In this document: piece by piece, positions 8,960 to 16,728 of the stretch
How positions within the stretch are numbered: the stretch's first letter is position 1
Layout: the number at the start of each line of letters is the position of its first letter
Origin: Candidatus Methanoxibalbensis ujae
GTDB lineage: Archaea > Halobacteriota > Syntropharchaeia > Alkanophagales > Methanospirareceae
Assembly: GCA_026134085.1 (NCBI GenBank)
Contig: JAOQIN010000009.1
Location: forward strand, 1-45,912
DNA length: 45,912 nucleotides
Direction of reading: 5' to 3'
Made by a program: the position numbers and the translations under genes
The notes under the pieces: model-generated
Database searches by the model: none
What the model was told of the DNA's origin: nothing
The model's input: only the letters and a program-made list of their open reading frames with translations

Positions 8960-9226
8960 ATGCAGGAAAATATGAGGTCTCTGATACAACATCTCAAAAG
9001 TGCGAAAGCTCATCTTGATAACGCGATAAGAAGCGCTGACTACTCCGAATTATTAGACGCGCATGAAGAGGTGACAAAGGCTCTGTTGCAGGCAGAGTTT
9101 GTCAGTGCTTTATTGTATCGTATTGTGAGCAAAGTGAATAAAGCACTGAACAGCGGCGAGGATCCTCTGCTGATCGCTATCGCAGAAGAATGCAGAGATA
9201 TTATGGAGGCGGTAAAAGGGAGATGA
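8960..9226 (+). CDS. Small helical hypothetical protein
   Basis: First of an overlapping operon behind the BRE/TATA-like gcgaaaaatattttaaaa at about 8922-8939. Confidence 0.6.
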   Translation: MQENMRSLIQHLKSAKAHLDNAIRSADYSELLDAHEEVTKALLQAEFVSALLYRIVSKVNKALNSGEDPLLIAIAEECRDIMEAVKGR

Positions 9227-9417
9227 TGTTGGAGGTAACCATCATGTTGGAGGCAACCATATTAGCATTAGAGAAGTCCTGCGAACTTCTCAGATCTATT
9301 GATGATAAATCAGAGATTCATGATGCTCTCCTTCTGATGCACACATCAGTATCATGCCTGCGCACTCTGAAACAGTTGTTGAGCAAGGAGGGAGAGATAC
9401 GATGGAGCACGAACTAA
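9223..9417 (+). CDS. Small helical hypothetical protein
   Basis: ATGA overlap with previous gene. Confidence 0.55.
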   Translation: MMLEVTIMLEATILALEKSCELLRSIDDKSEIHDALLLMHTSVSCLRTLKQLLSKEGEIRWSTN

Positions 9418-9617
9418 TAACAAGGAAAAAAATATATGAAGAATTAATTGGGTGTATTAAAGAATTACACATATTTAACCAGCTGGAAGAACCAGTATAT
9501 GAGGTTATAAAACTGCTACATATAGAAATAGAAGGATTGCGAGAGCTGATGGAGTTCTTAAACAAATTCAATCTTGACGCAATACTAATAGTTAAAGAGG
9601 GAGGTGATGCATCGTGA
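9402..9617 (+). CDS. Small helical hypothetical protein
   Basis: GGAGGGAG RBS; overlapping operon. Confidence 0.55.
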   Translation: MEHELITRKKIYEELIGCIKELHIFNQLEEPVYEVIKLLHIEIEGLRELMEFLNKFNLDAILIVKEGGDAS

Positions 9618-9940
9618 AAAATACTTTGTTAAAATCAGAATTCGCTCTTGCAGAGATCTTAAAAGCATATGATGAACCAAAGCAGAGAGATTTACATATA
9701 CAATTAGCGCTTTCAGCACTTTCAGATGTTATAGATGTGCTCAGACGAATAAATGAGGAATATGAACAAACAGCAGATGCTCTTGGTAGTGTGTTGCAGA
9801 AGGAAGGTAGCTTGAGTGATTTGATAAGGAGATCAATCAGAGATTGCAGGGATGAAGGAATTGAGGAGTATATTCTGATAAACCTTCTCTCGTTCATCGC
9901 AGAAATGGAGAATGCTGATGAAGGATGTAAGAATGAATGA
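9614..9940 (+). CDS. Small helical hypothetical protein
   Basis: GGAGGTGA RBS, GTGA overlap. Confidence 0.6.
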   Translation: MKNTLLKSEFALAEILKAYDEPKQRDLHIQLALSALSDVIDVLRRINEEYEQTADALGSVLQKEGSLSDLIRRSIRDCRDEGIEEYILINLLSFIAEMENADEGCKNE

Positions 9941-10122
9941 AAGAATCATTATCACTGTCTATCTTGAAGAATTGCCAAAGGTTTGTAGAGATACAATATT
10001 AGAACATGGATTGGTTAATAAAACAGTTCCTCTATCAACTATTTTAAATATATTGAAAAAAACACAGAGCAATGGTGAGAAGGATAGTTGATAGATTGGA
10101 AGAGGGAGTTATTATAATATTC

Positions 10123-10713
10123 CTATTTTTCTTGAGAATTTATAGAAGATTCAGATGATTCAGATTCAGATTCAGAGTAGATATAAGTTTTCACGAATTC
10201 GTCCAGTGTCATCACTTTACTAACTTCAATCCCAAAGAACTTACATAATTGTAAAAATAGCTCTTTGTTCTTTATAAAAATATACTTTACCTTACCTGCC
10301 CTGATACGTGTTATAATATCACTTTCCTCCAACGCATTTATAATTCTGATGTATGATGGACCACTCATCCCAGACTCTCGCATAAACTGCCCTATTGTGC
10401 AGGGATTATTATTTGCGATATACGATAATGATTTCTCCACTAATCCGTATGTCATATCTTTTTCAAAAAGTTTTAAATCAAAAATATTTATATCTTTACT
10501 TAACAGACAGATATTTTCTTTTATATAAGTAATAATCCCTTTCTCTTCAAGAAGTCTGAGAATTTCTTTCGTTGTTACGTGTGTAAGATTACTGCGTCTT
10601 GAGATCTCAGATATATTGATAAAGAGAACACTATCTCTTGATTGTGATTTCAATACCTCAACAACGCGGCGTATATTGGATAGTAGCGGATGAGACATAT
10701 TATCACCATGCAT
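10123..10713 (-). CDS. Tandem winged-helix transcription regulator
   Basis: Two wHTH units (NISEISRRSNLTHVTTKEILRLLEEKGII; TIGQFMRESGMSGPSYIRIINALEESDII). Confidence 0.8.
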   Translation of the reverse strand: MHGDNMSHPLLSNIRRVVEVLKSQSRDSVLFINISEISRRSNLTHVTTKEILRLLEEKGIITYIKENICLLSKDINIFDLKLFEKDMTYGLVEKSLSYIANNNPCTIGQFMRESGMSGPSYIRIINALEESDIITRIRAGKVKYIFIKNKELFLQLCKFFGIEVSKVMTLDEFVKTYIYSESESESSESSINSQEK

Positions 10714-10759
10714 ATTATCACCAGGCCGTTCATATCTCTCTACTCTTCATACATTATAA

Positions 10760-10854
10760 ATAGGGAGGTATCATATAAAAAACTTGCCCTTGCTCTTGTT
10801 TGCTTGCAAGAGTAAATTTAGGCTCTGTAAGAGCCACATATCCTCCTGTTAAGT
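10760..10854 (-). mobile_element. Degenerate attC-like site closing the hicB cassette
   Basis: Minus strand ACTTAAC (RYYYAAC) complementary to the cassette-opening GTTAAGT, followed by hairpins GGCTCT-TAC-AGAGCC and AAATTTACTCTTGC/GCAAGGGCAAGTTT; distal core not recognisable. Confidence 0.4.
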
Positions 10855-10892
10855 GGCCCCGAGAGGGGCGACTTTGGCAGTTGAATGCACCT

Positions 10893-11054
10893 CTATTTCT
10901 GATTTTCCAATAATCCCTCATAATGTGCTTCAACAGCCTCTTTTATATTCTCCATCAACTCATCAAGTGTTTTTCCTTGTGTGAATATATCTACTCCTAT
11001 ACCTCTTGCACACCAGTATTCACCATCATTATATATCTCAAATTTTACGAGCAT
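10893..11054 (-). pseudogene. hicB: HicB-family antitoxin, truncated (53 aa; hicA absent)
   Basis: MLVKFEIYNDGEYWCARGIGVDIFTQGKTLDELMENIKEAVEAHYEG; TQG.T.DE...N..EA is the HicB signature; probable original tail SEIEVHSTAKV continues in another frame. Confidence 0.75.
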
Positions 11055-11120
11055 ACTATATCATCTATTTACCATTAATTAATAGTTATATTTTCAATCT
11101 CAACGCATGAGTCGAATTTT

Positions 11121-11206
11121 ACTTAACGTCTGGCAGGTATCTAAAGTCGCCGAAGGCGATTTGGGTGGGGGGATGAAAGCCCGAACCAGATCCCTGTTTG
11201 TTGTCT
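11121..11206 (-). mobile_element. Integron attC-like recombination site
   Basis: Minus strand AGACAAC-AAA-CAGGGATCT ... AAATCGCCTTCGGCGACTTT-AGATACCTG-CCAGAC-GTTAAGT: AAC/GTT cores, inner L-box-like inverted repeat, internal hairpin. Confidence 0.6.
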
Positions 11207-11345
11207 GAAGTTGCAAGGGACCCGACGTGGGGAGTTGCGGGTGACGTTGAGAGATCCCATATTTTAAATAATTTTCGCATACTGTAAGCTTTATTATAGT
11301 AAGAGTTAATTATAAATATACCTATGAGGATTTTTTGAATAAAAA

Positions 11346-11468
11346 GCCCCCGTAGCTCAGCCAGGAAGAGCGGCTATATACCGCCCCGCCATTTCCTCTC
11401 TGAGAGGTGCAGGGGTGGTTACTTCGCATTTAAGCGGCAGGTCCCGGGTTCGAATCCCGGCGGGGGCA
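11346..11468 (+). ncRNA. tRNA-like Y RNA candidate (YrlA-like) associated with Ro60
   Basis: Acceptor GCCCCCG/CGGGGGC+A, D arm GCTC-AGCCAGGAA-GAGC, T arm CCGGG-TTCGAAT-CCCGG; anticodon arm interrupted by about 50 nt stem-loop (ACCGCCCC/GGGGTGGT, CCTCT-CTG-AGAGG); 86 nt upstream of the TROVE gene; TTATAAATA box at 11310-11318. Confidence 0.75.
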
Positions 11469-11469
11469 T

Positions 11470-11529
11470 GGAGGTGGAGGGCGAGCTACACCGCTCTGTA
11501 TGGGGCCCTGCTCACCCTCTTATTCCTCC
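11470..11529 (+). ncRNA. Second structured RNA element between the tRNA mimic and Ro60
   Basis: GGAGG/CCTCC and GAGGGcGAGC/GCTCaCCCTC stems enclosing TACA-CCGCTC-TGTA. Confidence 0.45.
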
Positions 11530-11554
11530 GCATTCCCCTCATGGGGTGGTAAGA

Positions 11555-13060
11555 ATGAAGAGGAGAACTGTATGGAGGAAACTGAGAGAGAAGGCGAAGC
11601 CAGACAAGCTGAACAGGGAACAATTCCCCGCATACAGTCGCACCATTGAAGAAGATGTTCTCTCAGTGCTCATGACTGGCTCAACAGCCAACCTCTTCTA
11701 CGTAAACGCTGAGGAGAATCTCACTGAGATGCTTTCTGTTCTCAGAAAGTGCAAGGATACTGAATTTCTTGCGAAGGCTACAATTTACGCACGCGAGCAA
11801 GGTTTCACACGCACACTTCCAATTGCATCGCTTGTTGAGATCTCTCGCAGAGACCCCTCAATGTTCAAGAAGATCGCAGCCCGTATCTGCAAGAACCCGC
11901 ATGACTGGCAGCAGTTCATAGACATCTGCCGATCTCAGCAGATAAGGAAGGGACTTGGAAGGGCGCTGAAAGAGGAAATAATCAGAGCAATCGCTGAAAT
12001 GGAGGAATATCATGCGATGAAGTATCCACGAGCTGTTGAGGACATGATCAACATCGCACATCCGCACGAATCAGTAAATCCTCGTGTCATTAGATACATC
12101 AAGAAGAAGGAGCATGAAGGAGAGCAACTCAGATACTTAAAGATAGTTAAAACCAGCGAGAACGAAGAAGAGATCATTGAAGCAATCAACAGTGGAGCGC
12201 TCCCTTATGAGGTTGTCACAGGGTCGGTGAGAAAGATGACTCCAAGAATCTGGGAAGCACTCTTGTATCAGGCACCATACTTCAACCTTATTCGCAACCT
12301 GAACAACTTTGGCAGAAATGGAGTTTTCAACAATCCTGATAATCTGGAGTATGCGGTGCGCAGGATAACTGACGACAACGCAATAAGACATTCAAAGCTC
12401 TTTCCGTTCCGCTTTTTCATCGCTTACAGAATGCTTAAAGGCTTCAGAGGATCAGATAGACTGAAGCATGCACTTGCGCTTGCACTTGAAAAGAGTGTTG
12501 CCAATGTGCCAGCGCTTGAAGGTAAGGTAGCAATCGCATCCGATGTCAGCGGCTCAATGTCCTCCAACTTGACGGGGGATTACAGCGTGGTGCAATGTTG
12601 CGATGTGGTTGGCATATTCACAGCATGCCTGATTAAGAAATGTCGTGAACTCCCCATTGTCCTGCCGTTTGATGAAGAGGTCAGAGAAGACATTGCCGCT
12701 AAAATCTACGAAAAGGACACAATAATGAAAATAGCGTCGTGCTTTGGTGCATGGGGCGGCACATCACTTAGCGCACCTGTGGAGTGGCTGATCCGCAAGA
12801 GAGAGCGTGTTGATTACTTCATAGCTTTCACAGACAATGAGGAGTGGCGCGGGCGACCATTCATAGAGGCATGGACAGACTACAAAGAAATAGCTCCAGA
12901 GTGCGTAGCATATCTTGTCACTCTGCTCCCATACAGAGATTATCCCGTTCCAGAGATGGAAGATGTCTACTTTATCTTTGGATGGTCCGATGCTGTGCTC
13001 AGGTATATAACAACTGATCCACGAAAGCAGATAGAGGAAGTGAATAAAATTTCACTTTGA
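11555..13060 (+). CDS. Ro60/Rsr-family RNA-binding protein (TROVE + vWA)
   Basis: TROVE motifs LNRE..PAY, L.TG....FY, FLAKA.IYAR, GLGRALK, YFNLIRNLNNF, SKLFPFRF; vWA MIDAS DVSGSM...GGT...FTDNE. Confidence 0.92.
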   Translation: MKRRTVWRKLREKAKPDKLNREQFPAYSRTIEEDVLSVLMTGSTANLFYVNAEENLTEMLSVLRKCKDTEFLAKATIYAREQGFTRTLPIASLVEISRRDPSMFKKIAARICKNPHDWQQFIDICRSQQIRKGLGRALKEEIIRAIAEMEEYHAMKYPRAVEDMINIAHPHESVNPRVIRYIKKKEHEGEQLRYLKIVKTSENEEEIIEAINSGALPYEVVTGSVRKMTPRIWEALLYQAPYFNLIRNLNNFGRNGVFNNPDNLEYAVRRITDDNAIRHSKLFPFRFFIAYRMLKGFRGSDRLKHALALALEKSVANVPALEGKVAIASDVSGSMSSNLTGDYSVVQCCDVVGIFTACLIKKCRELPIVLPFDEEVREDIAAKIYEKDTIMKIASCFGAWGGTSLSAPVEWLIRKRERVDYFIAFTDNEEWRGRPFIEAWTDYKEIAPECVAYLVTLLPYRDYPVPEMEDVYFIFGWSDAVLRYITTDPRKQIEEVNKISL

Positions 13061-13069
13061 TAGAGGAAA

Positions 13070-13303
13070 ATGAACGCGGCGAAAGAGATTTTGGAAAAGG
13101 TGAGAGAAGACGAGCGTGAGAAAGTGCGGCAGAGAGTGAAGGCGGAAGCACTAATTATTTTCCTATATGCGGAGATGAAAAGGCATCTAAATGATGTCGC
13201 TGCAATATTGAGAAATATAAACAGGCTGGCGGTGGAGCTGGACATTGACGACGAGGATCTGAAGAGGCTGGAGAGGGAGAGCGAGAAGTATGTAGAGTTT
13301 TGA
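13070..13303 (+). CDS. Small helical protein co-transcribed with Ro60
   Basis: 9-nt gap, GAGG RBS, followed by T-tract. Confidence 0.6.
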   Translation: MNAAKEILEKVREDEREKVRQRVKAEALIIFLYAEMKRHLNDVAAILRNINRLAVELDIDDEDLKRLERESEKYVEF

Positions 13304-13435
13304 TTTTTTTTTCTTTCTTTCTTTTTCTTCCCCTTTTCCTTTTCCTTTCCCATTTTATCCAATCAGACAGAGAGAGAAAGAGAGGACTTGCTTCTTCTAT
13401 TATGTTATATATATAATAGAGAGAGAAAGAGAGAC
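13304..13435. terminator. Convergent oligo-pyrimidine terminator region
   Basis: Long T/C tract on + after 13303 and on - after 13436. Confidence 0.55.
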
Positions 13436-13741
13436 TCATTCTTCCTCACTCTCAATTTCCTCCTCAATTTCCTTCGCCTTATTATAACAGTGCAACCCGC
13501 CGAGAAAGCATAGAATTGTGAGAAACATTACTGTCAGCGTTCCAGCCATCAGATCACTCACTCCTTCCACATCAAAAGCATAGAAACCATACTTAAGCAA
13601 CTTCTCAATTAAAGAAGAGAGTGCAAAAAACGTCCAGAACGAAAGTATGCCCGTAAGGAAGAATAGAAGCCCACTGAGCAACTCATAGGATTGCATCTTC
13701 TCAGTTTTCACTTTCCATTTTGCCCACTCCTTCCCCTCCAT
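13436..13741 (-). CDS. Two-TM membrane protein
   Basis: Two hydrophobic helices. Confidence 0.65.
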   Translation of the reverse strand: MEGKEWAKWKVKTEKMQSYELLSGLLFFLTGILSFWTFFALSSLIEKLLKYGFYAFDVEGVSDLMAGTLTVMFLTILCFLGGLHCYNKAKEIEEEIESEEE

Positions 13742-14016
13742 CCATCCTCACCTATATCAATTAATATAACTCCGTCTTTTACAATCTTCAGTCGCAGCGA
13801 TGCTACTGTCCAGGGGGTGTCATATTCGTCGTAGATGATGGCACTATCCTCTGCCGTGAAGAATGCCACCAAGTTCTCGATATTATTAAAAACATATCTG
13901 AGGTGCTTTGCAGAGTCAATCTGTGGATCTAAGCCACCTGCATATCTTGTGAAGATTGACCTTCTCTTCTCCTTATCCCAGAAAAATTCAGTTGACATCT
14001 CCTCTCTATTATTCAT
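13708..14016 (-). CDS. Hypothetical protein
   Basis: Overlapping operon; start uncertain (14016 or 13998). Confidence 0.5.
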   Translation of the reverse strand: MNNREEMSTEFFWDKEKRRSIFTRYAGGLDPQIDSAKHLRYVFNNIENLVAFFTAEDSAIIYDEYDTPWTVASLRLKIVKDGVILIDIGEDGWRGRSGQNGK

Positions 14017-14629
14017 CTTTGATTTCCAGCAAAACAATTTTTCCTCTCTTAAACGGAGAGAGACTGCATACCTTCTCCTTGTTTGCAAGGATTTCTACAT
14101 TTACTTTCTCATCTGCTTCAAGCTGTATTATATGAAGTCTCTCAGCAAGCACCCTCCTAACTTTGTATTTCAACCTACTCTCCTCTATCTTCCCTTCTCG
14201 GATGCGGTTGATGGTTTCCTCATCACATACTCTCAGCTCCCATTTCATTGGTAACAATCCAAAGATATCATACTGGCAATGGAGATAGTATGTGGCTTCA
14301 TCATAGAGCCATTCTGGTTTTTCTTTCTCATCTGAGGAGCACTTACCAAGTATGGTATATCCAAGCCACCACATTATGTATCGGCACTTCTTCCATTCAT
14401 CTTTTTGGTCTTCTATCACAATCTTTCTGGTTGTTGCTGGTGCCCCCCATATAAACACTGCATGTATTGTGAAATAACCCACTACCTCTACACAATTATC
14501 AGATTCCCACAAACTCCCGTATCGCTGATAACGCTTGTCAAATTCCTCTGAAGTTATTATTTCAAACTCAACACCTCTTTTCTCGCCCTTCCTTACAACC
14601 CCTTCTTCCTCCATCACCCTATCACTCAC
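14009..14629 (-). CDS. Hypothetical protein
   Basis: 206-aa ORF with GGAGGTGA at its start. Confidence 0.6.
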   Translation of the reverse strand: MSDRVMEEEGVVRKGEKRGVEFEIITSEEFDKRYQRYGSLWESDNCVEVVGYFTIHAVFIWGAPATTRKIVIEDQKDEWKKCRYIMWWLGYTILGKCSSDEKEKPEWLYDEATYYLHCQYDIFGLLPMKWELRVCDEETINRIREGKIEESRLKYKVRRVLAERLHIIQLEADEKVNVEILANKEKVCSLSPFKRGKIVLLEIKDE

Positions 14630-14754
14630 CTCCTTTATTATATCATATATGGTTCTATCACAGTGCGTTCTAGAAACGGGACTTACTTTATAGGTGAAAG
14701 AATTATACTGCTGTAAGAGTTGTCATCCTTTCTTCTATTATATTATATCTCCTC

Positions 14755-15093
14755 TTACATTATATACCAGCTTTCACCATCGGTAGTCAGCCAGACCTCT
14801 TCAAACTGCTTTTTTAGCACTATTTTCCCTTTACCTTCTTTTAAGGTAGGTGCAACAACAACGACTTCGTTATGAGTCGCATCAACTTTCTTGACATAAA
14901 CATACATACTCTCTACAATCTTCATGTAGTCTTTCAATCTGCTGAGCTTATCGCAACTTGGGAGAAATTCTATGAGGTTTATAGGAGCAGGTAGCACGAC
15001 TGTTATGCTTCCGCTCTCCGCATTGGCGAGCACGCAGTCTCCATATTCTGCGTGATACTCCTGCCCTACTACTTCAACTATACCCATCATCAC
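14755..15093 (-). CDS. Fibre-associated beta domain, paralogue of 44641-45180 and 45197-45535
   Basis: GDCVLANAESGSITVVLP...VKKVD...N.V.V...TDGESWYI. Confidence 0.7.
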   Translation of the reverse strand: MMMGIVEVVGQEYHAEYGDCVLANAESGSITVVLPAPINLIEFLPSCDKLSRLKDYMKIVESMYVYVKKVDATHNEVVVVAPTLKEGKGKIVLKKQFEEVWLTTDGESWYIM

Positions 15094-15129
15094 ACTTCTT
15101 TTTATTTTTTATATATAAATATGCGCAAA

Positions 15130-15309
15130 TCAAGATAACCCAATTGGCTCCTTCGTCACAGCACGCAGGATCAGGTTAATCACGCCTAATAGAGCTGCCT
15201 GCTCCTCAGGTGAAATCACAAACCCGAACTGCGTCTGCGTCATTATCCCTATCACTGCTATGAGGTTTACCCAGAATGTTTTTGAGCGCCAAAATGGTTT
15301 TTTCCCCAT
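15130..15309 (-). CDS. Holin-like two-TM protein (59 aa, not in ORF track)
   Basis: MGKKPFWRSKTFWVNLIAVIG...LLGVINLILRAVTKEPI; the K.FW.SKT.W.N ... N.ILR..T..P pattern of small viral holin-like proteins; GAGGTGA RBS. Confidence 0.65.
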   Translation of the reverse strand: MGKKPFWRSKTFWVNLIAVIGIMTQTQFGFVISPEEQAALLGVINLILRAVTKEPIGLS

Positions 15310-15371
15310 TCTATCACCTCAGCGCCTTTTTCTTTTTATGTAGTAATATAATCCCCCAGCCACAGATATTA

Positions 15372-15656
15372 CTATTGATAGGGGTTTTTCTCTTCCCTGT
15401 CTCGCAGCATATCTTCTATTATCAGCACTTCCCCTCTATATAGGTCAAGACAGCGTGCTGCTTTATCATGTGCTTCTCTTAAAAGCGAGAATAGCTCTTC
15501 AAGCGTTTTCCTCGCTCTTTTATAATCACCACTATCCACCTCTAACTTGGCAAATTCTGTGAGAGTTACAGCCTCCCTTGTCATAGATCTTAATTCCTTT
15601 ATATCGCATTCCAACCCTCCAATTACCGCTCTCCTCTCTTCCATCTTTTCTACCAT
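15372..15656 (-). CDS. Small helical hypothetical protein
   Basis: GAGGTGA RBS, TATA-like box upstream. Confidence 0.55.
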   Translation of the reverse strand: MVEKMEERRAVIGGLECDIKELRSMTREAVTLTEFAKLEVDSGDYKRARKTLEELFSLLREAHDKAARCLDLYRGEVLIIEDMLRDREEKNPYQ

Positions 15657-15738
15657 TTAACCCATCACCTCTCTTTATATTTATTATATATAAATAAAAA
15701 TTATATTTGCGGAGGTATGCTATTGAGATTTTTGTATC

Positions 15739-16209
15739 TCAGCTCTGGCAGGGTAATAATTCAAACTCAACAACATCTTTACATGAATCCCCTCCATATG
15801 CCTCTGCTTTAGTTAATGTATCTGATAAGTCCTGCACTCTGAAACCACTTACCCAGAATAATCCGTTATGCTCAATAGCAATACGATGATAGATCCCATA
15901 TTCGCCCATTTTAAAGGGAGTTGCTAAAATGTGTAATGAACATGTTAGTGCAACAATTTCTGAACCTGGATGACAAATTGGAAAGTGCCCTCGCAATGTC
16001 TCAGTTTTTGAAGGGGCAGAGGTTAGCACATCTGATGCTATACCAACATAATAATCATAATTGTTGTGCTCAAATATTAAGGGATTGCCATATTTATCAA
16101 AATAAAAAATTACTATCTGAAATTCTTTACCTACATCTGTGCATGTATATTTGACGGTGACTTCATACAGATCATCCGTTATTATCTTTATCTTATCTGG
16201 ACATATCAT
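15739..16209 (-). CDS. Beta-rich putative virion protein
   Basis: End of membrane/Ig operon. Confidence 0.55.
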   Translation of the reverse strand: MICPDKIKIITDDLYEVTVKYTCTDVGKEFQIVIFYFDKYGNPLIFEHNNYDYYVGIASDVLTSAPSKTETLRGHFPICHPGSEIVALTCSLHILATPFKMGEYGIYHRIAIEHNGLFWVSGFRVQDLSDTLTKAEAYGGDSCKDVVEFELLPCQS

Positions 16210-16212
16210 TTT

Positions 16213-16728
16213 TCACACCATAGGCACTGTTTTTATATCTAAACTGTTGAATATTATTAGATCAGGAGTTTTATTTAATTCAATTTTAAGGGGGGTGGAT
16301 GTGCATGCGATAATCTCTTTTGGGCAGACAGAGCATGTGTATCCTTCCTTTATCACATTAATTGAGTATTTTTTACCTGTCATCAGTATTAGAGAGCACT
16401 CCCCCCTCTCATTCGTTATGCATGATCCCACACCATAGGCACTAACTTTAGCATATTGCACTGCGTTACCTTCCTCATCTACGATCTTAAATGTCTGAGT
16501 GCATAATTCTGGAGGTAGTATGAATGCTTCTCCTGTAAGAAGAGTATAAATTGCATAACCCGCTGGAATAAATGAACATAACTGCATAGCTAATCCTGCA
16601 TTTTTATTATATTTACTGATATAATCTCCTGCTATTAATAGTGCAGTTGCAGTAACTCCTGCTGCTATTGTTTCTATCTTAGGTATCATCTTAACTTCCA
16701 TCTGTGTCAGATCACACACCTCCTCCAA
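16213..16728 (-). CDS. Two-TM protein with carboxypeptidase-regulatory-like Ig domain
   Basis: FKIVDEEGNAVQYAKV....CITNERG...Y.I.V.KEGY; real start probably 16689. Confidence 0.65.
   Translation of the reverse strand: MEEVCDLTQMEVKMIPKIETIAAGVTATALLIAGDYISKYNKNAGLAMQLCSFIPAGYAIYTLLTGEAFILPPELCTQTFKIVDEEGNAVQYAKVSAYGVGSCITNERGECSLILMTGKKYSINVIKEGYTCSVCPKEIIACTSTPLKIELNKTPDLIIFNSLDIKTVPMV

Noticed and set aside
11143..11162. GCCGAAGG as the Ro60-binding GNCGAAG motif of another Y RNA
   Set aside because: It is the internal hairpin of the attC-like palindrome and lies upstream of the presumed promoter
11346..11468. Functional tRNA-Lys(TTT) with an intron, or an attP/attB tRNA
   Set aside because: Removing the insert leaves a 6-nt loop, no clear bulge-helix-bulge is visible, there is no duplicate of the tRNA end and no integrase
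11468..11554. N-terminal extension of Ro60 given in the ORF track
   Set aside because: Overlaps the structured RNA; ATG 11555 has a GGGGTGG RBS and TROVE homology begins after it
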